Source of the DNA: a virus
Strand: one strand, 5' to 3'
DNA length: 64,000 nucleotides
IMG/VR virus record: IMGVR_UViG_3300028029_000109
The position numbers and the translations under genes were made by a program. Position 1 is the first letter of the stretch. Each line of letters begins with the position of its first letter. The notes under the pieces are model-generated. The model was not told the DNA's origin, did not search any database, and saw only the letters and a list, made by a program, of their open reading frames with translations. This document shows positions 47,778 to 57,249 of the stretch, one piece after another.

Positions 47778-48767
47778 TCATGGCATTTCTTGGACAGATT
47801 CTTTTTGGACCTTAAGTCTCCTGGTAAAAAGCTTCTCCGAAATATCCAGTAGCTGATCGGTATTTACCAGAGCGTCAAGCCACCTATCAGGGATAGCCTT
47901 GTAACCATAGAATGCTCCCATCAGAGCACCCGCTATAGCGCCTACCGTATCAGCGTCGTTGCCCTTATTGACCACTGCCACAAGGCCGTCTTCGAAGTTC
48001 TCAGACAGGTAGAAACCGGATAGTGCAGACTCGATAGAGTCTACTGTGTACCCACCATTGTTGGTATCGCCCCACTTTTTATTCTCAATACCCTTAATGG
48101 AATCAATAATCTCATCATTTTTAATAAAATCCTTTACTAATTTATGCATGAAAAACATTGCTTCTTTCTTATCCATAGAGCGCTCAATCATTTCATGAAG
48201 CATCTCCACTTCAAGGATACACGTTTCGATACATCTAACATCAGGATGAGAGTCCATACAGATACGTGTTGTTTGCTCAATCCTATCTGTAAGCATAGGC
48301 TCCCATAAAGCCGTAGGCATACAGCGCATCAATCCACCATTGCCAGCATCACGCTTTCCCGCATCAATCCATAGTTTAATAGCTGGGTGTTCGATACCCA
48401 TCACATCAATTTTAACATCTTCAGTAGCTCTTAAATATCCATTCCATTTTGACAGGACAGCATTCGTCCAGTTCCCAATATCTTTTGGTCCAGATTTTTG
48501 CCAATGAACCCACTTCTCAACAAGAGTTCGCTGATTGTATCCCCCAGCCTCCAAGTACATTTCGGAAACCGCTAGTGACATGATGGTATCATCAGTGATA
48601 TCACCGGGCTGCCACTTAAGGACTCCGCCACCACACATCTCCGTTTCCCAGTCTTCCTTATCAATCCTAGGAGTAAGAAATTCTAAAGGAGCACCAAGAG
48701 CATCACCAACAGCGGCTCCTATCAGTGCTCCCATTGCAGAATCAAGCTTATCTTCAAGTGATTTCAA
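47778..48767 (-). CDS. ADP-ribosylglycohydrolase (DraG/ARH family)
   Basis: 'GAAVGDALGAPLEF', 'TDDT.M', 'GNGGLMRC.P', 'NDADTVGAIAGALMGA.YG'. Confidence 0.92.
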   Translation of the reverse strand: MKSLEDKLDSAMGALIGAAVGDALGAPLEFLTPRIDKEDWETEMCGGGVLKWQPGDITDDTIMSLAVSEMYLEAGGYNQRTLVEKWVHWQKSGPKDIGNWTNAVLSKWNGYLRATEDVKIDVMGIEHPAIKLWIDAGKRDAGNGGLMRCMPTALWEPMLTDRIEQTTRICMDSHPDVRCIETCILEVEMLHEMIERSMDKKEAMFFMHKLVKDFIKNDEIIDSIKGIENKKWGDTNNGGYTVDSIESALSGFYLSENFEDGLVAVVNKGNDADTVGAIAGALMGAFYGYKAIPDRWLDALVNTDQLLDISEKLFTRRLKVQKESVQEMP

Positions 48768-49040
48768 TTATTTATCCTCAATGCATGTCTTTGTGTACTT
48801 GCCAAGGGCAGGGTCTTTAACGCAGACAAATCCCTCACAGCAATCATCATCGAACGTACACTCAAGAGGCTTTCCGTCCTCTTCACATACAAGCTCAGTT
48901 TCAGGCACAGAAGACTCATTCATAGCCTTAGAATAAGAATCCAGCTGTTTCTGTGTGGGTGCATTTGTATCAGTCCTGGGATGTAAATCACATCCAATTA
49001 AAAATAATGCTGCTATAATTAAGTAATTTAAACGTTTCAT
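48768..49040 (-). CDS. lipoprotein with C-terminal Cys-rich module
   Basis: Signal peptide with lipobox 'LFLIGC'; 'CTFDDDCCEGFVC...C'. Confidence 0.65.
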   Translation of the reverse strand: MKRLNYLIIAALFLIGCDLHPRTDTNAPTQKQLDSYSKAMNESSVPETELVCEEDGKPLECTFDDDCCEGFVCVKDPALGKYTKTCIEDK

Positions 49041-49195
49041 ACAATTAGTACATTGCACTAATTACTTTATAGGTACTCGACGGATTTTATTCTAAGACTT
49101 CTTTAACTTTTGATTATCTACACTTCGCCTAGCTTTTCCAGTGCTCTTGACCGCATTTTTCTACTTTGTAGCTTTTGATTTATGAAAGGATCTAC

Positions 49196-49438
49196 TCATG
49201 GCCAAAAAGAATAATTCCCATCATTATCCGCTTCTTCATCAGGCTCTGGTCTATCACTAGGAAGAAGCCAAACCTTTTTCCAATCAGGCCATGTGGCAAA
49301 CTCTGCTGCTGCTTCATCGAAACCAGCCCAGAACCTTCTATTTTCCGGTGTGGACATATTTCTATAAATCTTTAGCCGTGCCTTTGAACTCTGCTTTGAT
49401 TTTTTCCATATATTACTTTCGTCCGTATAGACTATCAC
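49196..49438 (-). CDS. hypothetical protein
   Basis: 80-aa ORF coupled to the upstream gene. Confidence 0.5.
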   Translation of the reverse strand: MIVYTDESNIWKKSKQSSKARLKIYRNMSTPENRRFWAGFDEAAAEFATWPDWKKVWLLPSDRPEPDEEADNDGNYSFWP

Positions 49439-49882
49439 TCCAATGCATCTATAACTTTCTGCACATGTAGCCTTAGAAGGCCAATATCTGTCTCGGTTTG
49501 AATGAGATACTCTTTTAGGTGCGCCATATCATCATTGTCATCCAGGATAACGAAAACTCCATCGTAACCTGTATCCTCAATCCATCTTTGAATCTGGTTA
49601 CTACGAACATGGTTACTGGAAAATGGTGGCCACCATACCCAGGCATAAGGGTCCTGTCAACGATTGCGCCGAACACTGTACCGGAGGGATCTCCCCTCAT
49701 TAGCTCAGTATGGATGAAAGAGTCTTCACCTATTCCACCATGTTGCCAAGTGCTATAGACTACAATCTTAGCCCTGTCTTTTCAAGGATGCACTTAAGGA
49801 GCTGTACCTTTCCTGAGCACATATTGGGAAAGGTACCTTTATCGTTAAGAACTCCATCTACGTCTAGGAATATTACTTTCAT
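49435..49882 (-). pseudogene. frameshifted HAD protein (Swiss-Army-Knife RNA-repair-like HAD_SAK type)
   Basis: 'MKVIFLDVDGVLN', then after a shift 'AKIVVYSTW', then after a second shift 'VFVILDDNDDM..L...LIQT...GL'. Confidence 0.65.
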
Positions 49883-50031
49883 CTTAAAGTCCGAATGGCC
49901 AATGCTCTATATCACCTAGTGCTTTTAGTATAACTAATTCTGAGCACGAATATTTTTCTACATTCCGTATCGATACCCGGACTTTAACCGGATAAGACAT
50001 CGATATGCTTCTTAAATATGTACCAGGAAAT

Positions 50032-50290
50032 TCACAAAGATTCAATACTAAAAATCAATTCTTTTATAAATTGTGTCCTAGGTTTGATTAGTGTGGAGCG
50101 CTGGGCTCCTCGAAGAACTCTTATTCTAGAATCGTTAGGTCCAAACCCACCAGCAGATAATGGGTCATCCTCAAATTCATAACCATAATCATCACCATCA
50201 TTAGATTGGGTATTTTTAGTTTGAGCATTTGCGTCAGGGCATAAAGATAACATAAATAGTATAATTATCGAGAGAGAGTAATTTTATCAT
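50032..50290 (-). CDS. CglF/GltF-like small secreted protein; signal peptide frameshifted at a (CT)n repeat
   Basis: 'YEFEDDPLSAGGFGPND..IRV......LIKPRTQF..EL..S.E.L' resembles myxobacterial CglF (from memory); adding one CT unit gives MIKLLSLSIIILFMLSLCPDANAQ. Confidence 0.55.
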
Positions 50291-50529
50291 GTAAATATGG
50301 CCAAATATTACCCTGGTAGCAATTTATTTCTGACACTTATCTGAAGCTGGAGATTCCTGGAAAGCCCAAACAAATAAATCTCCATACGGAATCGCCATTA
50401 TCGGACACCCACAATCTATACACTCGGCTGTTCCACCATCGTTTTAAATACTTACAGAACCCCAGTTGTGGCCAGTAAGAAAAATCCTAATTGCTTCGTT
50501 TATCTGCGATGACTCTAGCGCTATGTCTT

Positions 50530-50844
50530 TTATTTTACCCTTTTTCTGGTCATGTATTTAGAGATGGCCTTTTCCCAGTTAGTATTGTGACAGTTTTCAC
50601 CACTTTCCCTATCGTCTTTTAATAGAGCGAAATACTCACCCTTCAATAAACACTTGGGACATTTGACATAACAAGAAGCGCCACAATTATTATAACGATC
50701 AATTGCATTTTTTAAATCTATGTATAAATCAAGAAGCTTACGATTATTTTTTAATTTAAGATGGAAAATACTATTATAGATGAATGTGTGATAAGATATA
50801 CAGCATAATGGTATTCCAGATTGAAGGCCTGCCTTGAAGTTCAT
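50530..50844 (-). CDS. hypothetical protein
   Basis: 104-aa ORF. Confidence 0.45.
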   Translation of the reverse strand: MNFKAGLQSGIPLCCISYHTFIYNSIFHLKLKNNRKLLDLYIDLKNAIDRYNNCGASCYVKCPKCLLKGEYFALLKDDRESGENCHNTNWEKAISKYMTRKRVK

Positions 50845-50975
50845 TGAAAAGAACTCAATGAATTTTTCATCCTTACGTCCTAAAAATACATTTATTTAAT
50901 ATCATCGATTTTATTTCAATCTAGGTATAGTATAGTATACACTCATACACACCTACATGTAGGTAAGGAGGGGGT

Positions 50976-51272
50976 ATGACGAAATCAAGTGCTGGGGTAT
51001 CTGATAATGGTGGAAGATGTGAAATTTGTAATTCTGAGGAATCCATTCATGCTAGGCAGTCAACTGTAGATGCTTATTGTGGAGGCGGACTAGGATGGTC
51101 TCAGATGTGGGCCTGTGCCAAATGCAAACCAAAACATGAACGCTTAACTAAAGCTCGGGCAGATTTGAAAATCGCTGAGAAAGAAGTGCAAAACGCTATA
51201 AACGATTACATGGGAGCGGATAAAACTAGGCTTAAAGCTCATTCAAGGGATCATTCTGAGGATTGTTCTTAA
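50976..51272 (+). CDS. hypothetical protein with two CxxC motifs
   Basis: RBS 'aaggagggg'; CEIC...CAKC. Confidence 0.6.
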   Translation: MTKSSAGVSDNGGRCEICNSEESIHARQSTVDAYCGGGLGWSQMWACAKCKPKHERLTKARADLKIAEKEVQNAINDYMGADKTRLKAHSRDHSEDCS

Positions 51273-51279
51273 AGTAAAA

Positions 51280-51626
51280 TTCAATAACTTCCTGTTCGAT
51301 TACCCTAGCCTCCTCTTCTGCCTGGTATCTCCTAGATTTATATAAGGCTGTGCGCGCTGGGAAGATGTGCTCATATTTAAAACCTATACGATGACATCAA
51401 CATCCTTGAACTTTATACGTTCAAGCCTGCAAGCCTGGACTGCTTTGCGAATAAGTAATACTGGTCTCCGGGTTTAATCTCACGACATTCCCATACCCAG
51501 TTCTTAACGTACTCTGTAACAAGCTCAGCATTCTCTCCACGCTGTTTAAGCAGGGCGAACAGGTGTGCAGCTGTAGTTGATTTTCCGGTACCGGGTCCAC
51601 CGTACAGGCAGATTACTTTTTTTCAT
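51280..51626 (-). pseudogene. disrupted P-loop ATPase (AAA_28/NadR-kinase-like)
   Basis: 'VICLYGGPGTGKSTTAAHLFALLK...ELVTEYVK.WVWE...DQYYLFAKQ', out of frame with its ATG (T7 run) and with further breaks. Confidence 0.65.
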
Positions 51627-51753
51627 TTTAGCACAGTACACCTTATAGGAGCGCAAGCCAAATGTAAAATTTAACTCTCAAACCCTTTTCCACACCTTTT
51701 TCAGAAAGTTTGAGGAGCCCTTGGGCTCCCCATGTCCTTACCGGATCAAGCAT

Positions 51754-51954
51754 TTAACCTTCCTTCTCCCATAGCACCAAGTAGGAAGAGTCATATGGAC
51801 CCTGAGACGCGCATGGTTGAAAGTTCACGACAGACCATCCACCGGAAGTATCTGGAGGAGTCATTACTGGAAGGATATATTCCGGAGCTTTCTTATCTTT
51901 ATTGTTCTTGTTATTTTGGTACGTGCATTTAATTAGTGTGGTATGGTATTTCAT
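51754..51954 (-). CDS. small hypothetical protein
   Basis: RBS 'gaggaact' before the ATG; 66 aa. Confidence 0.5.
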   Translation of the reverse strand: MKYHTTLIKCTYQNNKNNKDKKAPEYILPVMTPPDTSGGWSVVNFQPCASQGPYDSSYLVLWEKEG

Positions 51955-52116
51955 AGTTCCTCTTTAGGTGAAGGTATTTATCTATATACCACCCCAGAGG
52001 ACTCGACAAAAAACCCTCCGTAATTAGCATCATTGAGAGGCTCAGAGGGTTGCGCGATTCCTAAGAACCGGCCAGGAGCGACCTGGAGCGACCTGGTACT
52101 ATATTTCGCTACTTAG

Positions 52117-52191
52117 TGCAAGTATCGGGATTCTAACCCGAACCTTATCCGTGAAAGGAATGCGTGCTATTCCGTTAGACACTATACTCAA
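52117..52191 (-). tRNA. tRNA-Glu(UUC)
   Basis: Reverse strand: anticodon loop CTTTCAC, T arm TCGGG-TTAGAAT-CCCGA, acceptor 6/7 paired. Confidence 0.78.
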
Positions 52192-52277
52192 AATCATCCA
52201 TACTAGTTTAATTCGAAGTGATTATGTCCCATCTTTTTAGTTAGCAATCTCAAGTACACTAAATTCCTAAGATTAGA

Positions 52278-52353
52278 TGGAGCGGGCAGTCAGGATCGAA
52301 CTGACGACATTTTGATTGGAAATCAAAAACTCTACCAACTGAGTTATGCCCGC
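52278..52353 (-). tRNA. tRNA-Gly(UCC) with encoded CCA
   Basis: Perfect cloverleaf GCGGGCA/TGCCCGC, TTTGA-TTTCCAA-TCAAA, GTCAG-TTCGATC-CTGAC. Confidence 0.95.
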
Positions 52354-52362
52354 ATAATTATG

Positions 52363-52390
52363 TATATATCACAAATTTAGTAGTTGTCAA
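52363..52390 (-). promoter_or_regulatory. sigma70-like promoter for tRNA-Gly/Glu
   Basis: TTGACA, 16-nt spacer, TATATA with an upstream TG. Confidence 0.6.
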
Positions 52391-52443
52391 GACATTTCTT
52401 TTCGAACCATGATGTCATTCTATCAATAAAACCATCTTACTAT

Positions 52444-53127
52444 ATGGGCAGAAAAAGATCAATAATATGGGAGATACCAAAAGATGAATTTGAAAGAATT
52501 GTTAAGAAATCATCCTCATATAAAGAAGTTTTAGTTACGCTTGGTTTTGCTATAAAATCCGGTGGGAACTATAAAACATTAAAGGCAAGGATAAATAAAG
52601 ATGGCACAGATGTATCTCATATTGAGGAGAATAAGAAAAGTTTTAGAGGTGTTGCTAAAGAAATACCGCTGCACGAAGTGTTTGTAAAGAATCCAGATAA
52701 TTTTGTGAATATAAAAAAGAAAATACTAAAACTTAATTTGATTGAGAATAAATGCTCAAAATGCGGGCTTGAAAATGAATGGCAGGATGAGCCAATAGTA
52801 TTACAGCTCGATCATATCAATGGTGACCACGATGATAATAGATTGGAAAACTTAAGAATACTATGCCCAAACTGTCATTCACAAACCAAAACATATGGTG
52901 GAAAAAATGTAAGGGAAAATAATCCCGATAGGATTTGTAAGTGCGGAGCACCAAAATCTAATAGGTCTAATTCTTGTTTGAAGTGTGTCGAAAAACCAAC
53001 CAAGATTGAATGGCCACCAGATGAGGAACTAATCGAAAGAGCATCCAGTCAATCAATGTTATCACTATCAAGAGAGCTTGGAGTTTCTGATAACGCTATT
53101 AGAAAAAGATTAAAGAAATTTTCTTAA
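52444..53127 (+). CDS. HNH endonuclease
   Basis: 'CSKCG...W...PIVLQLDHINGDH.DNRLENLRILCPNCHSQT'; C-terminal HTH-like 'SLSRELGVSDNAIRKR'. Confidence 0.88.
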   Translation: MGRKRSIIWEIPKDEFERIVKKSSSYKEVLVTLGFAIKSGGNYKTLKARINKDGTDVSHIEENKKSFRGVAKEIPLHEVFVKNPDNFVNIKKKILKLNLIENKCSKCGLENEWQDEPIVLQLDHINGDHDDNRLENLRILCPNCHSQTKTYGGKNVRENNPDRICKCGAPKSNRSNSCLKCVEKPTKIEWPPDEELIERASSQSMLSLSRELGVSDNAIRKRLKKFS

Positions 53128-53366
53128 TTACCCAATGATGCATCTGGTAGTCTATTCTTTGGTACTAGGCCATACATAACCATTTTCCGGGCCCAATTCA
53201 GCACATCACTTTCAACCTGAACAACAGCAAAGGGAGAGGAGGTAAATACGCAAACTATGAAGTTCTGAATATTACATTTCCAGCAACCATGCTCCTGCTC
53301 CCACTCATATCCATCAAATAAAACGGAAGGTGGATTTGGCATATACTGCCTAATTAAATTGTCCAT
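53124..53366 (-). CDS. hypothetical protein
   Basis: 80-aa ORF coupled to the upstream ORF. Confidence 0.45.
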   Translation of the reverse strand: MDNLIRQYMPNPPSVLFDGYEWEQEHGCWKCNIQNFIVCVFTSSPFAVVQVESDVLNWARKMVMYGLVPKNRLPDASLGN

Positions 53367-53668
53367 TACTTCAGAGCTTTCAACATAATAGCATCCTTAC
53401 AAGATTTTATAATAGTAGAACCTTCACCATGATTAGACCCTGTATGACCTGTAAAGTTTTGCACATCCGGATATGGATATTGTGAAAGTTCTAGAAAATA
53501 CTTACAAGTACAGCACTTATAAATGAAAATATCAGGCTCTGAAGCTGATTGTAATATAGAGTGATATTTCCAGGCATGAGTATCGTAAACATCAGTATAT
53601 ACAAGATACATATTTGATATATCTTTCTGATATTCCCTAATTATAGATCTTAGTTTTTCAAAGTCCAC
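53366..53668 (-). CDS. small H...CxxC...C protein
   Basis: 'THAW...YKCCTC...IKSCKDAIMLKALK'. Confidence 0.6.
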   Translation of the reverse strand: MDFEKLRSIIREYQKDISNMYLVYTDVYDTHAWKYHSILQSASEPDIFIYKCCTCKYFLELSQYPYPDVQNFTGHTGSNHGEGSTIIKSCKDAIMLKALK

Positions 53669-53821
53669 GATGCATGTGTAGGCTCTGTCTGTTAACTCTG
53701 CGAACAGCTCGATAGACTTTTTTCCTGTCTATTCTCTTTCTAGGGCGGCAACAGTAGCATGACATGCCACCGGGGCCAACCCTTTTATTGATTTGTCTTT
53801 TTAATCTTGAGTGTCTCAAAT

Positions 53822-54694
53822 TCACCCTCCTGCGTTTTGAGTAATGTAATCCATGTAGTATTGCACTTCCTGATTAGGCTTTAGTATTTTATCCTGTACA
53901 AGCTTTTCGAGCTGTGCCTTCAGGGTTCCAATTTCTTTGCCTGAGATACCAATGTCCATAATGGCATTGCCAATTCCTTTTGGAAGGGGCGGAACGATAG
54001 CATCTTTGGTACGAACCTCTTTGATTCTCTTAGAAAGCTCAGAAATTTTGAACTGAACCTTCCTACGATTACGTGGATTCCTAGAGGTTGTATCAGCCCT
54101 GGACAGCAACAGTAAATAGTCCACGTTGTCACCCATGTCCTTAGCGAACCTTCGAACAGCTGGTTCAGTCCAAGTAGATGAGTAAGCCTCGACATATCCG
54201 AGGTTGTAAATCAAAAATGAAATTTTATTGTACTGCTCCGGAGTAAAAATTCGAAACTTCCTAGCGAAAGCCTTAAAATACCTCACCGAAGCGTGCTCAT
54301 GATTATGAAATGCAACCTTTCCATTCTCTATAGTAAAGCAAGATGGTTTTCCAAAATCGTGGAAAAGAGCTGCCCAGCGAATCTCTAGCTTTGGCTTAGA
54401 CTGCACGACAACCAACTTGGTGTGCCACCACAGGTCCTTGAACCTATTCTTACCAGTTACATCCTTCATGGATACAATATCGCCAAGACCTGGAATGATG
54501 TACGCAAGTACGCCATCCTTCTCCATAAAATCAAGAGCAATGTCAGCATGACGCCCCATGATTATGTCATGAAGAGAATTTACATCCTCAGCTGATGATG
54601 CTTTATTGAGTTCCTGCGTTGAGATTGATTGGTTCTGGCCAGAGGTTTCACCCGTTCTGGAAAGAGTTACGTATTTATTAAATAGTTCAAACAT
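53822..54694 (-). CDS. HD-domain protein resembling the body/HD/tail of CCA-adding enzymes, without the nucleotidyltransferase head
   Basis: 'KDLWWHT', 'WAALFHDFGKP', 'FHNHEH', 'WTEPAVRRF..DMG', 'LLSRAD.T', 'EIG'. Confidence 0.75.
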   Translation of the reverse strand: MFELFNKYVTLSRTGETSGQNQSISTQELNKASSAEDVNSLHDIIMGRHADIALDFMEKDGVLAYIIPGLGDIVSMKDVTGKNRFKDLWWHTKLVVVQSKPKLEIRWAALFHDFGKPSCFTIENGKVAFHNHEHASVRYFKAFARKFRIFTPEQYNKISFLIYNLGYVEAYSSTWTEPAVRRFAKDMGDNVDYLLLLSRADTTSRNPRNRRKVQFKISELSKRIKEVRTKDAIVPPLPKGIGNAIMDIGISGKEIGTLKAQLEKLVQDKILKPNQEVQYYMDYITQNAGG

Positions 54695-54978
54695 TATTTT
54701 ATCCTATTCTAATGCCATTAGCATTGTTACATCTTCTTGTTAGGGTATTTTCTAGGTAAGATCAATACGTAGGATGTGCGCCTGAAATGATAGAGGGTCT
54801 TCCAATGCAAGAATTGCATTATTAACAAAACTCCTAGTAAGTGGGTATTTTTCGCACTCGATTTAAAAATCTGGAATCCCAGTTAGAATGAATGTTTCAA
54901 TATCCCCTTTTATCATGTATTACTCATACCACAACTGGAGATATTAGTCAACATCTATCCGAGTGCTTTTTTCATGAT

Positions 54979-55194
54979 TTATTCAGGACACGTAAGAATC
55001 CAGTTGTCAGAATCCAGGAGAGATGTTCTATATCCGCAGACAGAGCACGTTATATAAATGGCTGAGGTTAATCTCACCTGATCGTAATTAACGCCGCCTT
55101 CTTTCTCAACTGCATATGTCCAGGAGTGATTACTCATCAGCTCAACTACGGCAACTTTGGGATAGTCCAAAACTGCTCTAATGGTCACTACCAT
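54979..55194 (-). CDS. small H...CxxC...C protein (possibly truncated)
   Basis: 'NHSW...TCSVCG...ILTCPE'. Confidence 0.45.
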   Translation of the reverse strand: MVVTIRAVLDYPKVAVVELMSNHSWTYAVEKEGGVNYDQVRLTSAIYITCSVCGYRTSLLDSDNWILTCPE

Positions 55195-55755
55195 AGATTT
55201 AACAATAGCCTGACGCCCCTGTCAGCTACGAAATAAATACTAGGAAATGTTCCTATAAAGCCTCCGCTATTCATCTCTGTATATTGCTTTTGCTATAATG
55301 TTATTTATAATGCCGAGTCGTATATTAGATATGTCTTGCATATCATCAAATACGATGGCTTTACTGGTACGGCCTCGAATTCTTCCCGGATGATACTCTT
55401 TATCATATTGGGACTCTTCGAATACTTGACGCCATTTAATAAGGTCAACTGGTGTTGGGCCAATATCTACGGATGGGTATGTTCTTGTAAAACCGCCGCT
55501 ATTCATAAACTATACTATATCCTTTTATCATACATTAATTCGTCAACTGTACTAGATATTACGTAATAATTAGCGTTGTGCCGGTAAGGTTTAAAGTATA
55601 AGTCATTCTGAGCTTCTTCAAAACCCTGTTCCACATCTCCATCTCATCTTCTTCAGCATCCTGAGCAGTATCAAGAAGAGCTGCGTATTTAGTTAGAGTG
55701 TTTACTGTACTGGCCTCGGAACATCCCCAAGTCACAGATATTTCTAATATATTCA

Positions 55756-55829
55756 TCGAGCAAGCTGGAATTGAACCAGCGAACCTCATCCTTACCAAGA
55801 ATGCGCTCTGCTATTTGAGGTATTGGGGT
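55756..55829 (-). pseudogene. tRNA-Thr(GGU) pseudogene
   Basis: Intact anticodon arm CATTC-TTGGTAA-GGATG and T arm GCTGG-TTCAATT-CCAGC, but only 3 of 7 acceptor pairs. Confidence 0.6.
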
Positions 55830-55918
55830 GTATCGAACAATTGTTCTATTTATAATAAAAAGATAATAGTTTTAAATACTGTTTTCTTATAGAAACCCCT
55901 CCCTATACTTATTCAACC

Positions 55919-56683
55919 TTATTTAACTATCTTCGCTTTCCCTGGCACCTTCTTTACTATTTTCTTTGAACTTTTCTTTGTAATTTTAGCTGAAGGTGCG
56001 TATTTAACCTTAATAACCCTCTCTGGACGCTTCCTAATTCCCTTGGAATAAGAATTGAATAGCCTTTTGAATTTTGCCTGCTCTGCATTAATTATTGCAG
56101 TATCAATTGGAGACTGTAGACCTGTTGCCATGTATGCCTGAGCCTCATCAATAAAGAACTTATCAGCATATCCCCACTTCTTTAAAGTGTTGAAGATTTT
56201 ATTCTTAACCTTATCAGATAGACTGTCCACATATTTAGTCATTCTTGTCCTGTACGCCTCATCAGCATAGAACAAACCGTGGGCAAGCTCATGGTTGAAG
56301 GTTATATTCTTTTCAGGGTCATCATCAGAAGTGCCTATAATGTAGAATTTATCACACCCCTCCTTAGCCCTGATGTAAGTAGCTAACGCAATCATTAACT
56401 CATCATGTCTATTGGAGTCTGAGATCCCCTCTCGGTGTCTACGAAAAATCTCCTCACCTAGAATATTAAAACCAGCCCAATCATTCATGTATGTGAAGTT
56501 ACCCTTACCAAGATTCTTGGTGTAGTTCTCCATGAGGTCAACAAACTGAACATTCTTCTCCATCATAGTTGGCGATTCGTACCACTCTTGGAATCTAAAG
56601 AAGTGTATCGTCAAATCGTAAGAGGAGGAAAAGTTCAAATGCCAAATCTTTGGTGCAACCTGTTCTATAGTAAATTTAACCAC
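55919..56683 (-). CDS. HExxH-motif protein (possible zinc metalloprotein), Lys-rich tail
   Basis: 'NHELAHG...DEAQAY'. Confidence 0.55.
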   Translation of the reverse strand: MVKFTIEQVAPKIWHLNFSSSYDLTIHFFRFQEWYESPTMMEKNVQFVDLMENYTKNLGKGNFTYMNDWAGFNILGEEIFRRHREGISDSNRHDELMIALATYIRAKEGCDKFYIIGTSDDDPEKNITFNHELAHGLFYADEAYRTRMTKYVDSLSDKVKNKIFNTLKKWGYADKFFIDEAQAYMATGLQSPIDTAIINAEQAKFKRLFNSYSKGIRKRPERVIKVKYAPSAKITKKSSKKIVKKVPGKAKIVK

Positions 56684-57249
56684 TTAACTCCTCTGTATCA
56701 GTATTGTTGTCTACTGTATACGAAAGAATCATCCTCTCACCCTGTGAGGACCCAGCCATTACCCTTAGTGAAATCTTAAAACAAATCTTATATAAAAGGA
56801 GTACTAAACATATTATTCCAGTGTATATGGAAGAATATCTAACTCTAGCCCATAAGTAGTCGAAAAGATTAATAAACCCTTTGTAGAAAATAAAAATTCA
56901 GCAGTGTGATTGTATGCAAGAGTAATTAAAAGTACCGAAAATACGCACAGATAAATAATTACTATTACTTTGCATAATCTTTAACTTTCACAAAATAAGG
57001 CCAATAAGTGAAGACGGCTATTTGCGAAACCCACGAGCAACCTCCATCAGTGGTGAGATTCTTATTGGCTGGTGGAGTCGTAGATTTTTAAGTCTTACAA
57101 CTCCAGTAATGAGGAGAATTCAAGTATCCCTAAAAATTAAGTGTTTATACGTTTCTATCTACCTACCACGTAATATTTATCTAGACCATGTGGTAAAACT
57201 ACAAGTAATCCTCGTGCCTGTGTTGGTTATTGTCCATTAAGAATGAGAG

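Noticed and set aside
55559-55798. ORF 55559..55798 as annotated
   Set aside because: Its N-terminus is simply the translated tRNA-Thr pseudogene, so the start is not credible
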